From: Kiritimatiella glycovorans
GTDB lineage: Bacteria > Verrucomicrobiota > Kiritimatiellia > Kiritimatiellales > Kiritimatiellaceae
NCBI RefSeq assembly: GCF_001017655.1
Contig: NZ_CP010904.1
Span: forward strand, 1,380,001 to 1,412,000
Reading direction: 5' to 3'
Length of the DNA: 32,000 nucleotides
The position numbers were made by a program, and so were the translations under genes. This document shows, piece after piece, positions 17,370 through 23,774 of the stretch. Every line of letters starts with the position of its first letter. The first letter of the stretch is position 1. Under the pieces are notes generated by a model. That model was not told the DNA's origin. It saw only the letters and a program-made list of their open reading frames with translations, and did not search any database.

Positions 17370-18325
17370 ACCCCCCTGCCCTCCACGGGATAACCCCAGC
17401 GGGCGAGATCGATGCCCGTCTCCTGCTGCAGTCTCGAGCAGGACGCCGCGAGTCCCGGCCGCAGCCGCCGTACCGCTTCCGGCGACACGGCACTGCGGTA
17501 AATCTTGTTCCCGTAGCGGAGCCGGAAGAACGGACGGGTGCAGGGAAGCAGTGCGCGAGCCACACGCCGCAGCGGTCTCCCCGAGCCTTGATGTCCGCCG
17601 CGGTGCTTGAGACGGTAGCCCGCCCGGCGGTATTCCACTTCCGCGCGGCTCGAGGGGGCGGCATTCATCGGCAGGGAAGGCACCTCCGGCCTCAGGTCCG
17701 GGTCCGCGAACGACACCGCTTCGCGCACGAATCCCTCGGGGTCGGCGCGCAGCCTCTCGTAAGGGATCACGCGCACATGCTCGCGCCCGAACCACCCGGC
17801 GTAAAGCCGCCACACCTCATCGTATCCTCCGCCCGGTTCATCCAGACAGGAATCCAGCGGCTCGTCGACCAGATCCCGTCGATACCAGTGATCGTAACGC
17901 GAAACGGCCCAGTCCAGCGGGTTTCTTATCACGATCAGAATGAAGGCGTCCGGCCACGTGCGTGCCAGGTTGCGGGCGATGACTTCGTTACGGTGATCGT
18001 AAGGAGCGGGATCAATGCCCCGGCGCAACGCCACGCGTCCGAAGTTGCGCTCGAACCCGCGGAAGGGAAGTTCGACGTAACTCTCGCAGGACAGGATCCG
18101 GAACGGGATCGTGTCGTCCCGCCTGCGCATATGACGCGCCACCATGATCCGGTATGCCTCAGGTGTCATCCCGCGGTGGTACAGCAGCGCCTTGTCTTCA
18201 TAGGGCGCGTCCGAGAGATCCGCAAAATTGGGGAGCTGGGGAAAGATGAGGCGCTGCAGGTACGTGCTGGCACATTTCGGGTAGCCGATGTGCACCACGG
18301 TGCGGGTGGGCTCCTCCTGCTTCAT
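17366..18325 (-). CDS. Predicted sulfotransferase, atypical family A (paralogue 4)
   Basis: Shared family motifs are present: HIGYPKCASTYLQ, LSCESY, ILIVIRNPLDWAVSRY, VRVIPYE, TGIDLARWGY. The ATG at 18325 (MKQEEP...) forms an ATGA overlap with the upstream stop, with GGGAGG upstream. Confidence 0.75.
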   Translation of the reverse strand: MKQEEPTRTVVHIGYPKCASTYLQRLIFPQLPNFADLSDAPYEDKALLYHRGMTPEAYRIMVARHMRRRDDTIPFRILSCESYVELPFRGFERNFGRVALRRGIDPAPYDHRNEVIARNLARTWPDAFILIVIRNPLDWAVSRYDHWYRRDLVDEPLDSCLDEPGGGYDEVWRLYAGWFGREHVRVIPYERLRADPEGFVREAVSFADPDLRPEVPSLPMNAAPSSRAEVEYRRAGYRLKHRGGHQGSGRPLRRVARALLPCTRPFFRLRYGNKIYRSAVSPEAVRRLRPGLAASCSRLQQETGIDLARWGYPVEGRGV

Positions 18326-19287
18326 CGGCACCGCACCTCCCGGACGCCGCTGCCATCCGCCAGCTCCATCGTGTTCCGCTCGATCTCGTCCATCCCGGGG
18401 CGCCACAGCGGCGCGGCAATATAGCGCACGGGGACCCTGAAGGGGTTCCAGTAGTATTCATACTTGGCGCGGTTAAAGCCCGCGCCGCTCCAGACCACGT
18501 GCGGAAGCCTGCAGAGCGCGGCGAGGTGGATCGGACCGGAACTCGGGCCTGCGAGGACACGACTGCTGCGCATGAGATTAAACAGTTGATCGAGCGGGAT
18601 TCCGCGGTAATCGTCGCATCCTTCGACCGCGAGCGCTGCGGCGGACGTGCCGACGCATGCGACCGTAAGGCCTTTCGAGCGCAAACGGCCTGCAAACCGG
18701 GCCCAGCCCTCCGCATCCCAGCCGTTCCGGTCGCCGCTGTGGTTCTTCTTCGTGGAACGCGCGTGGAGAAGCACGTCGAAGGCAAGTCCCGGATCCTGCC
18801 GACCGTAGGCCACGAACGTCTGGTCCAGAAAAAGCCGTGAGCTCAAATAGGGCCGGCGCTGATTGTAGCCGATGATTGATTGCCCCGTGATGTGCCTCGT
18901 GTATTCGCGGCCGACCGCCACCGCGTCCGCTCCGCTGGACCCGTCTTCACACCGGTACCCCGAGATCCCTTCCCCGCCCGGGCGATACGCCACGAACTCT
19001 CCGCAGAAATCACGGTAGAGGGGCTCCATCTCCGGACGAGAAGCCACGATGACCTGATCGTACCTGCGGGCCTCCCGGCGAAGCATCCCCTGCCAGCAGA
19101 AGAGTTCCCATCCGAATTCGCCGATCCAGGGGCCCGCCAGCAGGATCTTTTCGCCGTGGACCGTATGGCCTTTCCTGATCTCGAGCCGCGGGCGGCGGCG
19201 ACGCAGATTCCGCACCCAGCGAAAGGGGCGCCCCGGTGATCCGTGCGATTTCCGGGCCCCGGGGCCGGGTGGTGCGGAGGAACTCAT
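18322..19287 (-). CDS. Divergent GT9-like (heptosyltransferase-fold) glycosyltransferase
   Basis: The C-terminal motif VLAGPSSGPIHLAALCRLPHVVW resembles the GT9 G.DSGP.HLAAA.G.P motif. The N-terminus ILLAGPWIGEFGWELFCWQG sits in place of the GT9 ..SALGD.. loop. The ATG at 19287 forms an ATGA overlap with the upstream stop and has GGAGG upstream. Confidence 0.55.
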   Translation of the reverse strand: MSSSAPPGPGARKSHGSPGRPFRWVRNLRRRRPRLEIRKGHTVHGEKILLAGPWIGEFGWELFCWQGMLRREARRYDQVIVASRPEMEPLYRDFCGEFVAYRPGGEGISGYRCEDGSSGADAVAVGREYTRHITGQSIIGYNQRRPYLSSRLFLDQTFVAYGRQDPGLAFDVLLHARSTKKNHSGDRNGWDAEGWARFAGRLRSKGLTVACVGTSAAALAVEGCDDYRGIPLDQLFNLMRSSRVLAGPSSGPIHLAALCRLPHVVWSGAGFNRAKYEYYWNPFRVPVRYIAAPLWRPGMDEIERNTMELADGSGVREVRCR

Positions 19288-20114
19288 CCCGGCACCTCCA
19301 TGTGCAATCCGTACCCGGCGTCCCAGTCCAGCAGTTCCCGGCAGACCGCGTTCCACCACTTCCGATCCTGCTCCGTGAACCACTCCATGGGGTCGCGTCG
19401 ATCATTCCGAATCACCTGTTCCCGGTTGCGCGGTCTGCTTCGCTCCGCCATCTCCGATTTGGTGGAGCGATGCACGGCGGCGCTTACGACCTCTTCGCCG
19501 GCCGGAATACCGAAGTATTCGCAGGCGGCCTTCAACGCCGCCTCCGGGTCCCGCTTCATGTTTTCATATTTAAGAGTCATCGTCGTGAAAAACGGATCGC
19601 ACACGACGCGGCCCCACCCGTTCAGAAACTCGAGCTGACGCCATATATCATTGAAATAGAGCTTGTCGCGCACATCACCGCGCAGGAAGCTGGAAAAATC
19701 CACGCCGTAGCGCGCCTTCCATTTTTCGTAGTGCGACACCAGCGCGTGCTGCGGGTCGCGGACCAGGATCAAATATCTCGGAAATTCAAGCCGGTCCCGG
19801 ACGGGGCGCATAAACATGAGACCGTGCGGCAGCGAATGGGAACTCACGATCCGCGGAAGGCCGGAATACTTGGGGGGCTGTTTCGGGCGCCCGATAAAAT
19901 CCATATCCTGGATGGTCTCCGGTGCGGGCTTTTCGTAGACCTCGGCCATGCAGAGGCTGAGCATGTAACGGAGCCAGTGCGTGCCCGACTGCTGCATGCT
20001 CAGGATGTGACCGTCGAATTTCCGCCGCCGCACCATCGTCGTATTGAACCAGCGATGGTTCAGGCATCGCATCCGGAACGCACGTTTTATGCCGCTGCTG
20101 AGGACGTCATTCAT
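19284..20114 (-). CDS. Sulfotransferase (Sulfotransfer_1-like)
   Basis: The 5'-PSB-like motif is ILSMQQSGTHWLRYML (compare PKSGTTW). The 3'-PB-like motif is RYLILVRDPQHALVSHY, and LKYENMKRDPEAALKAACEYFGIP is also present. The ATG at 20114 overlaps the upstream GT9 stop by 8 nt. Confidence 0.75.
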   Translation of the reverse strand: MNDVLSSGIKRAFRMRCLNHRWFNTTMVRRRKFDGHILSMQQSGTHWLRYMLSLCMAEVYEKPAPETIQDMDFIGRPKQPPKYSGLPRIVSSHSLPHGLMFMRPVRDRLEFPRYLILVRDPQHALVSHYEKWKARYGVDFSSFLRGDVRDKLYFNDIWRQLEFLNGWGRVVCDPFFTTMTLKYENMKRDPEAALKAACEYFGIPAGEEVVSAAVHRSTKSEMAERSRPRNREQVIRNDRRDPMEWFTEQDRKWWNAVCRELLDWDAGYGLHMEVPG

Positions 20115-21021
20115 AATCGCTGCCGCTTTCGTTCAGATACGGGGCAAGCCGATCGAGCGCCGCCCCGATGTCGATGTTTTCATAATACGGTCCCACTTCT
20201 TCCATGCTCCGGACCGGCGGTCTGCCGTCCGCATAATATACACGATCGTAAACGACCGTCGACCAGGGACCGAACGGCGCGCTCCGCACCCAGCTCGTCG
20301 CGCCGAAGATGCCGATCGTCGGGGTCTTCATCGCCGCCGCCAGGTGCATCGGCGCGGAGTCGGTCGAGACCACCAGGTACGCCTCCGCAAGCAGCCTTTT
20401 CAGCCCCTGCAGATCGAGCGTACCCGCCGTGCAGCTCGCCTCGACCGGAAGCGAGGCCGTAAGACGCTCCGCGTAGTCGGCCTCGTCGGGGCCGCCGCTG
20501 ACCATAAGCGGCAATCCGTAACGCTCCCGGAGCAGGACCGCGATCTGCGTCCATTTCCGGTCCGGGAGCCGTTTTGAACGCCACCGTGCGCTGGAGCCCG
20601 GATGGAGCACGATGTAATCGCGCGGTTTGGACTCGAAAGACTCGTCCAGAGGCCCGAGCAGGCCGGAGGGTTCCAGAATGCGGCGGAAATTATCGCAGGC
20701 GGGAACGCCACGGGGCATGCCCCGGTTGCTGTACACCGTCTTCGCTCCGCACAGCGCGGCTATCAGCTTCGACCGATCGTTGTTCTGGAGGTCGAGCATA
20801 ACCTCGAACCGGGCACGCCGCAATTGCATGACCAGGCCGGCGACCGACCGCAACCGTTTATCCGGGAGTACGATCGACGCCGGAAATTCATCGCGCAGGA
20901 GTTCGCGTCCGGCCGGCGACGTGACCATTGCGGGTCGCACCTTCAGCGCGCGCAGAAAAGGAAGCGCGGCGGCGATATCGCCCAGCGCACTGAACCGCAT
21001 CGCCGCCGCGCGTTCACTCAA
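20107..21021 (-). CDS. GT9-family glycosyltransferase (LPS heptosyltransferase-like)
   Basis: RFSALGDIAAALPFLRAL is the GT9 N-terminal motif, and STDSAPMHLAAAMKTPTIGIFG is the GT9 C-terminal motif. I prefer the TTG start at 21021, which is preceded by AGGAGG with a 7-nt spacer and overlaps the lpxK stop by 8 nt. The track ATG at 21054 and the ATG at 21000 are alternatives. Confidence 0.8.
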   Translation of the reverse strand: MSERAAAMRFSALGDIAAALPFLRALKVRPAMVTSPAGRELLRDEFPASIVLPDKRLRSVAGLVMQLRRARFEVMLDLQNNDRSKLIAALCGAKTVYSNRGMPRGVPACDNFRRILEPSGLLGPLDESFESKPRDYIVLHPGSSARWRSKRLPDRKWTQIAVLLRERYGLPLMVSGGPDEADYAERLTASLPVEASCTAGTLDLQGLKRLLAEAYLVVSTDSAPMHLAAAMKTPTIGIFGATSWVRSAPFGPWSTVVYDRVYYADGRPPVRSMEEVGPYYENIDIGAALDRLAPYLNESGSDYE

Positions 21022-22171
21022 AACAGATCCTCCTGATCCAGTCGCGAAACGCATCGTCGCCGCTCAGCATCTCGATCTCGACGCGCAGAAACAGGATCGG
21101 GACGTCGCGCCGCTCGAGAAACGGCATCCGTACCGCATCCTTCTCCGTGGTCAGGATCGCCTCGGCCCCGGCGGCGATACTGCGGTTGACGAATTCGATG
21201 ACCTCCTGCTGCGAGTAGCGGTGGTGGTCGGCGCGACGTCCGGTATGGACGAGCTCCGCCCCGAGCCGGCTCAGTTCCGACTCGAAACTCTCGGGTACGG
21301 CAATCGCGGACAGGGCCGCGACCCGGCGGCCCCGCAGCCACTCCAGCCCGTAGCGCTCCTGCCGGAAGACGTCCTGCACGTACTTGGAGCGGTGACAGCA
21401 CTCGGAGATTTCGGCGTGCGGGTTGAGTTCCCGCAGCTTCCGCCGGAGTTCGGGCGCGCCGCCGGGACCGCACTTGGTGATGAAGATGAAACCCGCCCGC
21501 TTGATGTTCCGCATCGGCTCGCGCAGCAGGCCGCGGGGCAGCATGCGCTCGTACCCGAACGGCTGCCGGGCGTCCACCAGCACGATGTCCAGCCGATGCC
21601 GCAGCGAGAGATACTGAAAGCCGTCGTCGAGAATCAGGGTGTCGCAGCCCTGCCTGCGGATCGCATACTTTCCGGACTTCACGCGGTCCTTGTCGACCAG
21701 CACGGTGACCTCCGGCAGATTCGAGGCGAGCATGTACGGCTCGTCGCCGCTCATCGCCGAATCGAGCAGGAGACGCCGCCCGTCGGACACCACACGGGGC
21801 GGCGAGCCCTCGCGGAGGTTGAGCTTCTGCGCCAGGCGGTCGTGGACGGGCGGTTTGACGCTGCGGTAGCCGCGGCTGAGGATGGCCACCCTGCGCCCCG
21901 CCTGCTCCAGGGCGCGGGCGAATACCTCCACCACCGGCGTCTTTCCGGTGCCGCCGACGGTCATGTTGCCGATGCTGATCACCTGGCATCCGAGATCGTT
22001 CGGGCGGATGAGTCCGGCGCGGTACAGCGCGAGACGCAGCTGGACCGCGCCGCCGTAGAGCCAGGACAGCGCGCGCAGCGCACCCCTCCCCGCCGCGGCG
22101 CGGCGTCCGGTGATCCGCCCCTCGATCAGGCCGAGTACGTATTCTTCCAGTTTTTCCTGCCAGCGCTGCAT
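21014..22171 (-). CDS. lpxK: Tetraacyldisaccharide 4'-kinase (lipid A biosynthesis)
   Basis: [20 protein letters not shown]...[19 protein letters not shown]...ILSRGY shows the LpxK P-loop architecture. The C-terminus has DHH.Y.......[13 protein letters not shown] at 22169-22171. Confidence 0.9.
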   Translation of the reverse strand: MQRWQEKLEEYVLGLIEGRITGRRAAAGRGALRALSWLYGGAVQLRLALYRAGLIRPNDLGCQVISIGNMTVGGTGKTPVVEVFARALEQAGRRVAILSRGYRSVKPPVHDRLAQKLNLREGSPPRVVSDGRRLLLDSAMSGDEPYMLASNLPEVTVLVDKDRVKSGKYAIRRQGCDTLILDDGFQYLSLRHRLDIVLVDARQPFGYERMLPRGLLREPMRNIKRAGFIFITKCGPGGAPELRRKLRELNPHAEISECCHRSKYVQDVFRQERYGLEWLRGRRVAALSAIAVPESFESELSRLGAELVHTGRRADHHRYSQQEVIEFVNRSIAAGAEAILTTEKDAVRMPFLERRDVPILFLRVEIEMLSGDDAFRDWIRRICFE

Positions 22172-22225
22172 TAAAATCTACCCGCCCGAAAACGATCTTG
22201 CCTGGAACCGTTGCTCCCGATAAGC

Positions 22226-22831
22226 ATGCCGGTCGTGTGCGACCCGTCTACATCTTTGCGCATCCATCCCGGGAACTGGCTCGGACCGCTGGAGCTGGAT
22301 CGGCACTTTGCCAATCCCGGCCGCCCGCTCGACCTCGACCTCGGCTGCGGTAAGGGCCGGTTTCTCGTCGCCCGCGCCGCCGCACACCCGGAAACCCGCT
22401 TTCTCGGCCTCGACCGCATGCTCGAACGCATCCGCAAGGTCGACCGGAAGCTCGTGCGCCGCCAACTCCACAACGTCCGGCTGCTTCGGGTCGAAGGGTA
22501 CTACGCCGTCACCTACCTGCTGCCCGCGGCGTCCGTACGCACCTGCTTCTGCCTCTTCCCCGATCCCTGGCCGAAAAAAAGACACCATCATCACCGACTG
22601 TTCAGCCCCCCGTTCGTCGACGCCCTCCACCGCACCCTCCAGCCCGGCGGCGTGCTGCACCTCGCCACGGATCACCAGCCCTACTTCGAAGAGATCTATG
22701 CCCTTCTCTCCTCGGATCCGCGTTTCGCGCCGGAGCCGGTTTTCATTCCGCGGCCCGCGGAGCGCACCGACTTCGAACTGCTCTACCTCGGCCGCAAGCC
22801 GATCGGACGCTGCTCCTTCCGTAAACGCTGA
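22226..22831 (+). CDS. trmB: tRNA (guanine46-N7)-methyltransferase
   Basis: LDLGCGKGRF is the SAM motif I. FPDPWPKKRHHHHRL is the TrmB signature and HLATDHQPYFEE is also present. The ATG at 22226 is preferred to the track's TTG at 22211. Confidence 0.9.
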   Translation: MPVVCDPSTSLRIHPGNWLGPLELDRHFANPGRPLDLDLGCGKGRFLVARAAAHPETRFLGLDRMLERIRKVDRKLVRRQLHNVRLLRVEGYYAVTYLLPAASVRTCFCLFPDPWPKKRHHHHRLFSPPFVDALHRTLQPGGVLHLATDHQPYFEEIYALLSSDPRFAPEPVFIPRPAERTDFELLYLGRKPIGRCSFRKR

Positions 22832-22866
22832 CCCGCCCGGCTGCACCCTCCTATCCTTTGCGCTGC

Positions 22867-23052
22867 CTAAAACATCTTCAGCAGCTCGGCAGCCGTTTCG
22901 CGCACAAAAGCGTCCACCCTCTCGAACCCGAACGCCGACAGGGATATCAGATAGGCCGCTTCGGCGATCAGAACCAGTAGAACCAGCGCCCATACGAAGC
23001 GCGAAAACATGCTGCTGCGGATCTTCATCGGAGCGACCTTACCGCAAAACAT
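22867..23052 (-). CDS. Hypothetical small single-pass membrane protein
   Basis: This is a 61-aa ORF (ATG 23052; an internal ATG would give MKIRSS...). It has one hydrophobic helix, FVWALVLLVLIAEAAYLISLSAF, and third-codon positions are mostly G/C, like the real genes here. I recognise no homology. Confidence 0.35.
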   Translation of the reverse strand: MFCGKVAPMKIRSSMFSRFVWALVLLVLIAEAAYLISLSAFGFERVDAFVRETAAELLKMF

Positions 23053-23184
23053 GAGTGCGGGCCAAAGTGTTCACGGGGAAAATATCCGTTTTGATTCGAT
23101 CCCCGCGCTTGAACAGGGTATGAATCCCCATGAAGGGGCTTCAGTACACTTCCGGAACGCAACCGCAAGGAAAGGGATACGAAC

Positions 23185-23772
23185 ATGATACCGACTCTGA
23201 TCGTCCTCGCCGTGATCATCCTGCTGGCGATCTTCGCCGCCGGCATCTACAACAAACTCGTCCAGCTGCGCAACAGGTTCAGGAACGCCTTCGCGCAGAT
23301 AGACGTACAGCTCAAGCGCCGCTACGACCTGATCCCGAACCTGGTGGAAACGGCGAAGGGGTACATGGAGCACGAACGTGAAACGCTGGAGGCGGTCACG
23401 CAGGCGCGCAACCAGGCCGCGGCCGCCAACCAGCAGGCGGCGGCCCATCCCGGCGATCCGAACGCCATGCAGAACCTGACGGGCGCCGAAAACACCCTCG
23501 GCGGCGCGCTCGGGCGTCTGCTGATGACGGTGGAGAGCTATCCCGACCTCAAGGCCAACCAGAACATGTCGCAGCTGATGGAAGAGCTGACGACGACGGA
23601 AAACAAGGTGGCCTTTGCGCGCCAGGCGTACAACGACGCCGTGATGACCTACAACACCGCACGCGAGACCTTTCCCAACGTACTGGTTTCCGGCCCGCTC
23701 GGATTCGGCAAGGCGGAACTCTTCGAGATCGAGAACGAGCAGGAGCGCGAGGCGCCTGAAGTCAAGTTCTGA
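23185..23772 (+). CDS. lemA: LemA-family membrane protein
   Basis: An N-terminal TM helix is followed by YNKLVQLRNRFRNAFAQIDVQLKRRYDLIPNLVETAKGYMEHERETLEAVTQAR and SYPDLKANQNMSQLMEELTTTENKVAFARQAYNDAV. This is a canonical LemA pattern. Confidence 0.9.
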   Translation: MIPTLIVLAVIILLAIFAAGIYNKLVQLRNRFRNAFAQIDVQLKRRYDLIPNLVETAKGYMEHERETLEAVTQARNQAAAANQQAAAHPGDPNAMQNLTGAENTLGGALGRLLMTVESYPDLKANQNMSQLMEELTTTENKVAFARQAYNDAVMTYNTARETFPNVLVSGPLGFGKAELFEIENEQEREAPEVKF

Positions 23773-23774
23773 CG

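Noticed and set aside
16368-17813. Long N-terminal extensions in the track for three operon genes: 16368-17813, 17366-18406 and 18322-19383.
   Set aside because: The extensions overlap the upstream gene in another frame and are Arg/Gly/Pro-rich. They precede the conserved family N-terminus (..H[VI]GYPK..). Internal ATGs at 17369, 18325 and 19287 each form an ATGA overlap with the upstream stop and have a GGAGG-type SD.
20627-22174. A 515-aa plus-strand ORF. The minus-strand out-of-frame ORF 21018-21989 is a related case.
   Set aside because: It is antisense or out of frame relative to lpxK and GT9, whose frames carry the GGTGKTP P-loop and the GT9 motifs. The translations are Arg/Pro/Gly-rich.
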